Shown here in pieces: positions 30,459 to 39,148 of a stretch of DNA of 64,000 bases. How positions within the stretch are numbered: the stretch's first letter is position 1; each line of letters starts with the position of its first letter. Below the pieces are notes generated by a model. It searched no databases and was not told the origin of the DNA. It worked only from the letters and a program-made list of their open reading frames with translations. Both the position numbers and the translations under genes were made by a program. Source of the stretch: an uncultured Chloroflexia bacterium (GTDB lineage: Bacteria > Chloroflexota > Chloroflexia > QHBQ01 > JADMIH01); contig CAWCNY010000003.1 in assembly GCA_963797095.1 (NCBI GenBank), positions 768,001 to 832,000 on the forward strand, written 5' to 3'.

Positions 30459-31112
30459 ATGGGCAATATGGGCACCATGGGAAGAGCATACCATCGCCGC
30501 AGACGGTCTGGCTACCTTGTCTATTACGACAGGCCGAGCAACTCCACCCCATTTCGCTCCCTGGTACGCTATGCGCGACGGCTGGACCGGACTCACGTCA
30601 GTTCTTCCCTGATGGCGGTGCTGGTGGGGTTTGCACTGACCATGATCTGCCAGGGCCACTTCGTTGACGGCCGGTTCACCGGCCCGCACCTGATGATCCT
30701 GGGCGGATCCATGCACCACGATGCATTTGCCCATCAAGACTTTCCTGAGGACGGCACCTGGGATCCCGCCCAACCGGATGGCATAGGTATAGACGATCCA
30801 GCCACACTCGATCATCACAGCCATGCCGGTGTCTACCCCCAAACCCAGGCATTTACCTCGACAACCCCCACAACGCCCACAGGAAATTCAATCGGCGCTA
30901 ACTCAGCCAAGGCTGCCCTCAACCCCCTGGTGGAATCGGGAAGCAGCGTCGCCCTGAGCTACCTGATCACTCTGTTGCTACTGGGGTTTGCCCTCAGTCT
31001 GCGACGCGGCGAGATAGGAGAGACCAACCAGCACAGGTCACAGGTCAACTCCCCGCCCGACCCTCCCCCGCCGCGCCCTTATTCTACCGGCGCTCTTGTA
31101 TTAGCGCCCTAA
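30459..31112 (+). CDS. His-rich membrane/exported protein with C-terminal polyproline (DUF2946/CutF-like leader candidate)
   Basis: Hydrophobic segment then CQGH, MHHDAFAH, DHHSH; second TM; SPPDPPPPR near the C-terminus. ATG 30459 lies 5 nt after TATAAT (30448-30453), possibly leaderless. Confidence 0.6.
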   Translation: MGNMGTMGRAYHRRRRSGYLVYYDRPSNSTPFRSLVRYARRLDRTHVSSSLMAVLVGFALTMICQGHFVDGRFTGPHLMILGGSMHHDAFAHQDFPEDGTWDPAQPDGIGIDDPATLDHHSHAGVYPQTQAFTSTTPTTPTGNSIGANSAKAALNPLVESGSSVALSYLITLLLLGFALSLRRGEIGETNQHRSQVNSPPDPPPPRPYSTGALVLAP

Positions 31113-31246
31113 TCCTCCCACGATCACGACCACAATTGTAGGTCGAACCAATCCAAAAATATCTGACCCTGAGCACGCGGACCTGGACCAGGTGCCTGGC
31201 ACTTGTGCCTTGATCCGGCTATCATTGATGAAAGGGAGTTCTAACT

Positions 31247-31822
31247 GTGCAACGACTAAATCGCGCTTCAATGCGCATCCTGATAACTTGCAGCGCCGTG
31301 CTGCTCATGAGCATCCTCTTTGTGACTGCCGCTAGCGCCCACGCTCACATCGAAAGCTCGACCCCCAGCGACGGGGAAGTGCTCACCGCCGAACCCTCCA
31401 CCGTCAGCGCAGTGTACGGCGAGGAAACGTCCCTCACCGGCACCAAATTCGAGGTTTCCTATGCCAAAGACGCCTCCTCCACTGCCCAGGTAGTGGCGCA
31501 GGGTGCGGTAGATGTCAACGACCGCACCAAAGTAAGCGCATCGCTCCCGGCTGGCCTGGGCGATGGCATATACTCGGTCAAATGGCACACTCTCACCGAG
31601 GACGACAACGGGCAGGTGGACGGCACGTTCAGCTTCACCGTAGCCAGCGGTGGGACGGCATCCGGCTCCACAGGCCAGACAGGCAGCGAGCAAGAGCAGC
31701 CTGAGGCAAGCGAGTTGCCAGCTACCGGCCAGCCCGACGGGGTATCGTGGCTGGGAGTGCTGCTGGTAGGGGTCGCCCTGCTGGGCAGCGGCCTTGTCGT
31801 GCGTCGCCGGGCGGCGCGCTAA
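31247..31822 (+). CDS. copC: Copper resistance CopC domain protein with LPXTG-type sorting signal
   Basis: Signal peptide ASA-HAHIESSTP (His1); YSVKWHTLTEDDNG..GTFSFTV; C-terminal LPATG + hydrophobic helix + RRRAAR. Confidence 0.85.
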   Translation: MQRLNRASMRILITCSAVLLMSILFVTAASAHAHIESSTPSDGEVLTAEPSTVSAVYGEETSLTGTKFEVSYAKDASSTAQVVAQGAVDVNDRTKVSASLPAGLGDGIYSVKWHTLTEDDNGQVDGTFSFTVASGGTASGSTGQTGSEQEQPEASELPATGQPDGVSWLGVLLVGVALLGSGLVVRRRAAR

Positions 31823-31842
31823 CCGCCTGCAAGACCTTGACC

Positions 31843-31896
31843 GCGCAGGTCGCGCCGCCCCTCGCCCTGGGAAGCTGAGAACGGCGCGACCTGCGC
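31843..31896 (+). terminator. Intergenic 15-bp perfect hairpin (mRNA stabiliser or partial terminator)
   Basis: GCGCAGGTCGCGCCG-N24-CGGCGCGACCTGCGC; no strong U-tract. Confidence 0.55.
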
Positions 31897-32003
31897 AGGT
31901 TCCAATTCCGTGGTAATACTATTTATCAACCGGTCATGACCTCTGGCCTTGCGATCCTGGCTCTGCGGGTGAGCGGCTCCCCCTGGAAAGACCCCCGAAA
32001 CCT

Positions 32004-34455
32004 ATGAAGCTCCGCGCAATCGTGGCCGCCTGTGTGCTGGTCGCAGGGCTAACCTTCTTGCTGACGCTCAGCGCCGAGGCACACTCTCTCCTTGTCAGCT
32101 CCGATCCGGCCTCCGGCGCAAAACTGGCAACCTCACCCGCCAACGTCCAGATGACCTTCAGCGAGGGGGTCGAGCCTGCTTTCAGCAGCTTCGACGTTAT
32201 CGACCGCACGCGCAAGAGCTACGTGGCCGGTGCCCCCACCATCGATCGTGTCAAAGGCCTGGTCACCGTCCCTTTGCAGCCCAACCTGACGCCCGGCAAC
32301 TACGTCGTGCAATGGAAGGTCGTGTCGGTCGTCGACGGCCACCTCACTCGCGGTAGCTTCGCCTTCAACGTAATCGGTGGGCCTGCCGTGCCCACTCCTG
32401 TTGTGTCCCAGCCTATAACTGGCAGCAACTCCCTGACCCCTCAGCCCACGCTTGAGCCGACCATCGAGCCGCTCCCCGAGCTGCCGTCCGGCACGGAAGG
32501 AGGAGCCACGGGCAAGTCAACCGCGCCAGGCGTGCTCGACGTAGCGGTGCGCTGGCTCGACACCCTGCTGGCCGCCTGCGTGATCGGCGGCTCGGTGTTC
32601 AGCTTGCTTATCGTGCCGGGGGTGATCGCCCGCCTGCCTACAAGCCCGCGCGAAACAGCCGAGCAGAAGGGCCGGGCCCAGGCCGGGCCCGCACCCCGGT
32701 TGCAGGAGGAGCACGCCGAGATCCGCGCGCGCCTGGAGCAGCGCTTCACGCGCGGTTCGCTGGTCGCGGGCGCACTCCTCATCCTCACCCTTGGGGCAGA
32801 GCTTGTTTTGCAGGCCATGCGCGTCACCGAGACCGACCTTGGCTCGGTCCTCTCTCAGGCCGATGTGCTTGGTGCGGTGCTCGAACTCCAGTTTCGGTGC
32901 CTCTCTTGAGTGGCGCGCCTTTGCCATTTTTGCCATAGTCGTATTGCTCGCGGCTGTCCTGATAACCTATAAAGCGGGGCGCAGAACTGACGCGCCCTTC
33001 GGGCTGGTCGTGTTGCTGGGCACCGGCTACTACTGGGCGCAGACCGAAAGCTCCCACGCCACGGCCCTGAGCGAGCAGCCGGGCGCCGGCATCCTGCAGG
33101 CGCTCTCCCCCCTGTCAAACGTGGTGCACCTGCTCGCCACCGCCATCTGGATCGGCGGCATATTCTACTTTGTGGCCGTGCTCCTGCCGGTCCTGCGCGG
33201 CCTGACCCCGGTGGGGCGGTCCGTCGTATTGCGCGATAGCATCACGAGCTTCAGCCAGGTTGCCCTGGTGACGGTGCCCCTGGTAGCTCTCAGCGGCACG
33301 ATCATCTACCTGGCCGAGCAGCCGAGCGTGGAGAGCACTCTGAACACCGGCTATGGGCGCGAGGTATTGATCAAGGTTGGCCTCCTTGCGGTGCTTATGA
33401 TACCTGCCGCGTACAATCTGCGCCGGGTCGGCCCCGGCCTGGTGAGATTCCGGGATAAGATAGGCCCCGCATTGCAGGCCCTCGCGAATGGCTTCCGCCG
33501 CTCGATCCGCGCCGAGGCCCTGCTGGTCAGCACCGTGCTGATCTTCTCCGCCCTGCTCACCCTCTCGGCCCCCGCCACCGACCCATCGGTCTACTCGCGG
33601 GCAGCCGCCACGGAGGTCGCGGCCCAGGCAACGGCCAGCGCGCCCGTCGTGGCGGCAATCGCAACGCCGGTTGCCTCCCCCACGCCCGGCAAGCCGCAGC
33701 TCACCGCCACCACTCCCCCGCCTGCCACCCTCACCCTCACGCAAACCGTGCGCGGCGTCGATGTATCGTTGACCGTCATGCACAACGGGGTTGACGACGA
33801 CCTCGGCGTAACTATGCGCGACACCAACGGCCCGATCCTTGCCTGTGGGCCGACCCCCACTCCGGATGCCGACTGCGCACTGACCGTCAAAATTACCCTC
33901 ACCGACCTGGAAGACAACACCGGCAGCACTGTTGTCGCGGACCCCACCGGCGATGGCGGCTTCGCCGTGCCGGAAGGCCCTTATCTGCCCTTTGACGGCG
34001 CATGGCAGGTGCTGATCAGCGTAAGGCGCTACAACCAGCCGAACGACGTGAAGGCCGCATTCCGTTACTTGCTGGAGGGTGCCAGCCTGACGGGTAAGAT
34101 CAGCGACTACGTCAACGTGGAGGTTGCTACCGACCCCGACCCGCCGCGCTCAGGCGAGGTGGCGTTCACCTTCCACCTGACCGATAACAACGGCCAGCCG
34201 GTCAACGACGCCACGATAGTCGTCCAGGGTCTCATGCCCGCGCACGGTCACATAACCGAGGTGGAGCAGATGAGCAACACCGCAGGCACGTACACGACCA
34301 GCCTGCTCATGCCGATGAGCGGCGGGTGGTCCCTCGAGATGTCGATCAGCAGGCCGGACCATGACACCGTGGCGGCTGAGGTGGCGCTCGACCTGGAAAG
34401 CTCGGACTACGATCTTACGCCCTACCCCAGCCCCAACGCGCCCATATCACCCTGA
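32004..34455 (+). pseudogene. CopC-CopD-YtkA/FixH-like copper transport fusion, interrupted by a frameshift near 32880
   Basis: AEA-HSLLVSSDP..WKVVSVVDGHLTRG (CopC); ESSHA, HLLATAIWIGG, YGREVLIK, IRAEALL (CopD); MPAHGH..MPMSGGW (YtkA-like). Frames join if TC is restored at GTGCTC(TC)GAAC. Confidence 0.8.
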
Positions 34456-35454
34456 ATTCGCAGGACGGTCGCGTCGTGGCCGTCCGGACGGTAACGGATC
34501 GTGCGCTACTTCGTGCTTGTAGTGCTCGATGGCTCCTCTCGTGCTGTACCAGCGCCCGCCTCGTTTTACCGCGTCGATCTCCCCTTTGCGCGCCAGCAAG
34601 CCGAGATAGTTCACGCTGTAGCCCGTCCCCTCGGCTAGCTCAGACATACGCAGATACTCGTCAGTAGGTGGAGTGGCGCACACCTCCAGGTAGAGGTCAA
34701 GCCCACCTTCCACCGCCCGCCCGATCAGGTTCACCAGCGGGCTATACCTGCCCGTATCCGCCTGCTGCAACCCCCGCAGATACGCCCCCCGCCAGTCGCG
34801 CAGCAATAGCGCCGGTGGGTACCCGCCCTGCATCAGCAGCAGGTCGAGCAGCAAACGCCCCACCCGGCCGTTGCCATCAACAAAGGGGTGTATCGCCTCG
34901 AAGGCGTGATGCGCGAGGGCTGCGCACACCAGAGGCTCGTAGTCGAGACCGCCCGTGCCGAGCCATTCGAGCCAGCTAGCGACCAGCTCCGGCACTCTGC
35001 CGGGAGGGGGAGGGGTGAGGGGCACGCCGCGTATATAGACGGCGCGCTCCCTGAAATGCCCGGCACGCGGGTCTATGCCACTCATGATCATGCGGTGCAG
35101 ATAGAGCACCGTTTCCAGCGTGAGCCGGTTGCCCGCATCCGCAAGCGCCATCAGGTAATCAAAGGCAGCCGCGTGGTTGGTCGCCTCCAGGTGCTCGCGC
35201 AGGGGGTGTCCCCCGATTGTTACGCCCGCTTCGAGCACTATGCGTGTCTCCCGCAGGGTGAGGGTATTGCCCTCGATGGCGTTGGAGTGGTAGGTAAGCT
35301 GTATGCGCAGGTCCTCGGCTAGCTGGCGCACCACGTCGGCGGGCAGCGGTCGGTAGCGGTCAAGGCGACCCTTCTTGGCAGCCAGCCTGCGTGCCAGCCG
35401 CACGTCGAGGCGTACCGGTACGTTGCTGTTATCGCTATGGCCCGGATATGCCAT
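34447..35454 (-). CDS. Fic family protein (class II) with C-terminal excisionase-like HTH
   Basis: HPFVDGNGRVGR Fic motif; N-terminal inhibitory SNAIEGN; C-terminal LRMSELAEGTGYSVNYLGLLARKGEIDAVKRGGRWY; start at MAYPG after GAGGAG/GGAG. Confidence 0.92.
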   Translation of the reverse strand: MAYPGHSDNSNVPVRLDVRLARRLAAKKGRLDRYRPLPADVVRQLAEDLRIQLTYHSNAIEGNTLTLRETRIVLEAGVTIGGHPLREHLEATNHAAAFDYLMALADAGNRLTLETVLYLHRMIMSGIDPRAGHFRERAVYIRGVPLTPPPPGRVPELVASWLEWLGTGGLDYEPLVCAALAHHAFEAIHPFVDGNGRVGRLLLDLLLMQGGYPPALLLRDWRGAYLRGLQQADTGRYSPLVNLIGRAVEGGLDLYLEVCATPPTDEYLRMSELAEGTGYSVNYLGLLARKGEIDAVKRGGRWYSTRGAIEHYKHEVAHDPLPSGRPRRDRPANSG

Positions 35455-35462
35455 GATCTCCA

Positions 35463-35528
35463 TCTCCTCGTGAAAACTATATTGATTTACTAATTCTACC
35501 ATAGATCAATATAGTTTTCACGAGGAGA
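35463..35528 (-). promoter_or_regulatory. 24-bp perfect inverted repeat enclosing the fic promoter
   Basis: TCTCCTCGTGAAAACTATATTGAT-N18-ATCAATATAGTTTTCACGAGGAGA; minus strand reads GTGAAA-17bp-TAGAAT with an extended TG. Confidence 0.8.
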
Positions 35529-35678
35529 GACCAGGTTTGTGCAAATTAAGAAGCTCACATAGAAGATGCGGAAGTCGAGCCGGAACAAAAAGGCTCCATG
35601 CGGCCACTTTTTTGTCGCGACAAAAATTGAGAAGGAGTGCGCCTTAGCCGGTAATCGGCATTCTCGTCCGACTACCGA

Positions 35679-36485
35679 CTACCGGAGAGGACCGACATCG
35701 CCCGGAGCCGCAGTGTAGCGAGCCAGGCCGGCACCCGGACCCAGCGCTTCAGCAGGTATCACCAGGCGCCTCGCCTTGCGGTCCAGGGCCAGCACCAGCA
35801 GATCGACTATGCTGTTCAGGTGGAGCACGCCGCTGTTCACCACCAGGTCGTAGAGGCGCGCATCCGCCGGGTTGTGGTGATGCGTTGTCATAAGGAAGTG
35901 GGCGCGTTGCTGGTCTTTGGCCTGGATGCGCTGTTGTGCCTCCGCGTGGCTCAAGCCTTCGCGCCGCATGACGTATGCGATGCGCTGTTCCAGCGGCGCG
36001 ATGATTCTTACGTGCAGCACGTCGCGGTGGGTCGCAAGGAGCACCTGGGCGCCACGCCCCACGATGACGGCGTGCCCTACTGTGACCGCCCCTTCAACCA
36101 CTCGCCTGCGCGCCTCATCATACGCAGGCTCGTCGAGGGTGAGTTGGACGGGTAACGGGGCAGGCACCGACGATTGGACGATACCCAGGCTCGAGAGTAT
36201 TCGCGATGCCAGGGTGTCAGCATACTCGTCGTGCGCTTCAGCCTCAGCCACGCTGACGCCTATAGCACGCGCCACTTCTACGACCACCTCGTGATTTACC
36301 AGGTGCCACCCAAGCCGCTCGGCCAGGCGCGCAGCGACCTCCCCGCCGCCGCTCCCGTACTCACGCGATATGGTCACAGCTTTCATCATCCCGACCAACG
36401 ATTCGGTTCCGCTCTCGCCGCCTGTCATCTCTACCCCTTCCTGCTCTTGCTCCTGGGCCTTCGGTACGTCTTGCATATCCCCCAT
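35679..36485 (-). CDS. Cytidylate kinase-like family protein
   Basis: VTISREYGSGG, VIVGRGA, LHVRIIAP, YDLVVNS motifs. Confidence 0.88.
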   Translation of the reverse strand: MGDMQDVPKAQEQEQEGVEMTGGESGTESLVGMMKAVTISREYGSGGGEVAARLAERLGWHLVNHEVVVEVARAIGVSVAEAEAHDEYADTLASRILSSLGIVQSSVPAPLPVQLTLDEPAYDEARRRVVEGAVTVGHAVIVGRGAQVLLATHRDVLHVRIIAPLEQRIAYVMRREGLSHAEAQQRIQAKDQQRAHFLMTTHHHNPADARLYDLVVNSGVLHLNSIVDLLVLALDRKARRLVIPAEALGPGAGLARYTAAPGDVGPLR

Positions 36486-36562
36486 GTGAGATTCCCCCTT
36501 CTGTTCGCTATCTGCTCACTACCGGCAGTATGGCACCCTCTCTATAAACACCTCTATATTAA

Positions 36563-36674
36563 CTCTATTGAGACACCTCTATTGAGACACCTCTATTGAG
36601 ACACCTCTATTGAGACACCTCTATTGAGACACCTCTATTGAGACACCTCTATTGAGACACCTCTATTGAGACAC
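36563..36674. repeat. 14-bp tandem repeat CTCTATTGAGACAC x8
   Basis: Perfect copies every 14 bp from 36563 to 36661; degenerate copies back to about 36535. Confidence 0.97.
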
Positions 36675-38444
36675 CGGCTTTTCCAGAACCAGGTCCGGGC
36701 TGAGCGCCTCGGGAGCCCCCTCGATGGCCCTGCTCTCCGTGTCGGCAGCTGCGCGGGCGGTGCTGCGGCGAAGGGCGATCTCCGGTATGAAAGCGACAAA
36801 GAACGTCGATATCGCCAGTACGATCGCGCCTATCAAGAACGCCTCGGTGGTGGCCGCTCCCAGCGCGGGTTTGATCGGGGCGGTGATCGCGGTGATCGTC
36901 TGGTCTACCTGCGCGGCGGACAGACTCAGGCCCTCCAGTTGCTGGCGCAGGGTGGAGATCGTGTCGGGGCTGATCAGCGCTTGAGGGCTGATATTGCTCA
37001 GGAAAGCGCCGAACTGGGGGTTCGATTTGAGCTGATCGGGGAGTAGAGCCTGGTACTCGCTGGCGAACCGGTTGTTGACGATGGTGCCGAAGACGGCCAC
37101 CCCTATCGTGCCGCCAATCGAGCGGAAGAAGGTGGTAGCCGAGGTCACAACACCCAATCTCTGCGGTGGAAAAGCGTTCTGCACGATGAGGGTGTAGAGG
37201 GGCTGCGCGATGCCGAGACCTATGCCCATGACCACCATGTAGGCCGCCGTTTGCAAGGTGGGTATATCAATTGCCATTGTGGAAAGCAAGAACATCCCGA
37301 TCGCCATTACGATCTGCCCGATTATCGCCAGTATTCGATACCTGCCGGTGCGGCTCACTATCTGGCCGGATATGATGCTGAATACGATTGAGCCGAACAT
37401 GAGAGGCACGATTGCGTTGCCGCTGTTGGTGGCGCTTTGACCTTGCACCCCCTGAATAAAGAGCGGCAGGTTGATGATCGCGCCGAACATGCCCAGGCCC
37501 ACCAGAGCCACCGTGATCACAGACAGCACGAAGATGCGGTTCTTGAACAGGTCGAGCGGGATGATCGGCTCTGCCGCTCGCGACTCTCGCCACAGGAAGA
37601 GGGCAAGGAACACCGCACCTATGACGAACATGGTCAGGATGGAGCCGGAGCCCCAGGGGAAGTCCTTGCTGCCCCCGAGTGACAGAGCCAGAAGCACAGG
37701 GGTCACCGTGCCGATGAGAGTTAGCACGCCCACCCAGTCTATCGAGCGGCTACCGCTTCGGGCCTGGATGATATTGGGGAAGGTAAAGGCAACCATGGGG
37801 ATCGCGATGAGGCCCACCGGCACATTCACATAGAACACCCACTGCCAACCTATGTTATCCGTAATGAAGCCGCCAACGGTGGGTCCAATTACCGAGGCTA
37901 TGCCAAATACCGCCCCGAACAGGCCCTGCCAGCGCCCCCGGTCGGCGGGTGCCACCACATCGCCCACGATGGTGAAGGCGTTAGCCAGCATCAGACCGCC
38001 GCCTATGCCCTGTATGGCCCGGAAGAATATCAACTCTGCCATGCCGACTGTAAGACTGGGCACCGTTATGCCGAACAGGTTGAACTCGTCTGTGCCGCTG
38101 GAAAGGCCGGAGAGCATTGAGGCCCCTATAAAGATGACCATGCCCCCCACGAAGAACCATTTGCGGCCAAAGAGGTCGCCGATCTTACCCGCAATCGGCA
38201 CTGTGACGGTGGAGGTGAGCAGGTAAGCGGTGGTGACCCAGGCGTAGTGCTCCAGGCCCCTGAGATCGCTCACAATGCGGAACATGGCCGGGCCAACAAC
38301 GGTCTGGTCGAGAGCCGCAAGGAGCAAGCCGAGCATGACCCCGCCCATAATGACATAAAGCTGCCTGCCGTGCACCTCGGTGGGTATGTGGGCCGGCATT
38401 TGCTGAGGGCTATCGGCCGATATTGCAGGACTTTGCTGTTCCAT
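36663..38444 (-). CDS. MFS multidrug transporter, DHA2 (14-TMS) family
   Basis: LAALDQTVV, GKIGDLFGRK, FRAIQGIGGG, WQWVFYVNVPVG, EPIIPLDLF. Confidence 0.95.
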   Translation of the reverse strand: MEQQSPAISADSPQQMPAHIPTEVHGRQLYVIMGGVMLGLLLAALDQTVVGPAMFRIVSDLRGLEHYAWVTTAYLLTSTVTVPIAGKIGDLFGRKWFFVGGMVIFIGASMLSGLSSGTDEFNLFGITVPSLTVGMAELIFFRAIQGIGGGLMLANAFTIVGDVVAPADRGRWQGLFGAVFGIASVIGPTVGGFITDNIGWQWVFYVNVPVGLIAIPMVAFTFPNIIQARSGSRSIDWVGVLTLIGTVTPVLLALSLGGSKDFPWGSGSILTMFVIGAVFLALFLWRESRAAEPIIPLDLFKNRIFVLSVITVALVGLGMFGAIINLPLFIQGVQGQSATNSGNAIVPLMFGSIVFSIISGQIVSRTGRYRILAIIGQIVMAIGMFLLSTMAIDIPTLQTAAYMVVMGIGLGIAQPLYTLIVQNAFPPQRLGVVTSATTFFRSIGGTIGVAVFGTIVNNRFASEYQALLPDQLKSNPQFGAFLSNISPQALISPDTISTLRQQLEGLSLSAAQVDQTITAITAPIKPALGAATTEAFLIGAIVLAISTFFVAFIPEIALRRSTARAAADTESRAIEGAPEALSPDLVLEKPVSQ

Positions 38445-38529
38445 ATCTCGTTTGCTCCTATTCCTATTGTTGGGTTAGAGCGTTATGGGTGCTCGCGATC
38501 GGACGCGGTAGGCTCACCTACTGCAAACT

Positions 38530-39003
38530 CTATTCCACGGTGACGATAAGTTTGCGGAGGAGGCTATTGAGTTGCTCAAGCTCGTCATCGTTCAGGCGCT
38601 CGGTCATCTTCCCCGTCTGTTTCTGGCGCTCCGCCTCGATCTCTGCGAGCTTGGCTGTTCCCTCCTCGGTAACCTGAACATATACCACGCGGCGGTCAGC
38701 CCGCGCCCGCACCCGTTCCACCAGGCCCGCATCTGTCAGACGGTCCACTATGCCGGTGGCCGTAGCGCCCGATTGGTGCGTCATCTGGGCGAGGTCGCTC
38801 ATGGTAGCTATCCCATCGTAGGCTCCCAGCGTCCACATCACGGCTGCCTGTGGCAGCGTCAGCCCTATCCGCTCCATGAAGCCGCCGGTCTGCTTGTGGC
38901 CCTGCCACATAAGTGCCCGAAGCGTGGCCGAAAGCATCTGCAACAGGTCAGCTCGCCGCCTGGTCTCGCCATTTACAGGAGCTACAACCTCATCTATTTT
39001 CAT
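38530..39003 (-). CDS. MarR family transcriptional regulator
   Basis: GLTLPQ..MSDLAQ..ATGIVDRLTDAGLVER..DRRVVYVQVTEEG. Confidence 0.92.
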   Translation of the reverse strand: MKIDEVVAPVNGETRRRADLLQMLSATLRALMWQGHKQTGGFMERIGLTLPQAAVMWTLGAYDGIATMSDLAQMTHQSGATATGIVDRLTDAGLVERVRARADRRVVYVQVTEEGTAKLAEIEAERQKQTGKMTERLNDDELEQLNSLLRKLIVTVE

Positions 39004-39033
39004 CTTTGACCTCGCTTCCTGGCTCTCTTTGCC

Positions 39034-39123
39034 TTGACATCTCAATATCGATCCTGTAAGATACTTCGCGTGGCGAAATATTTACCATGTTGATAATTAT
39101 ACACGCAAAATGACCGATGTCAA
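39034..39123. promoter_or_regulatory. Overlapping divergent promoters with central MarR-type operator
   Basis: Plus: TTGACA(39034)-17-TAAGAT(39057). Minus: TTGACA(39123)-16-TATAAT(39101). Imperfect palindrome ATACTTCGC-GTG-GCGAAATAT at 39061-39081. Confidence 0.75.
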
Positions 39124-39148
39124 TATCTGGGTCCCAAGGAGAAAATAG

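Noticed and set aside
36563-36674. Possible CRISPR array or iterons
   Set aside because: 14-bp head-to-tail copies without spacers that derive from the MFS gene end; no rep gene nearby
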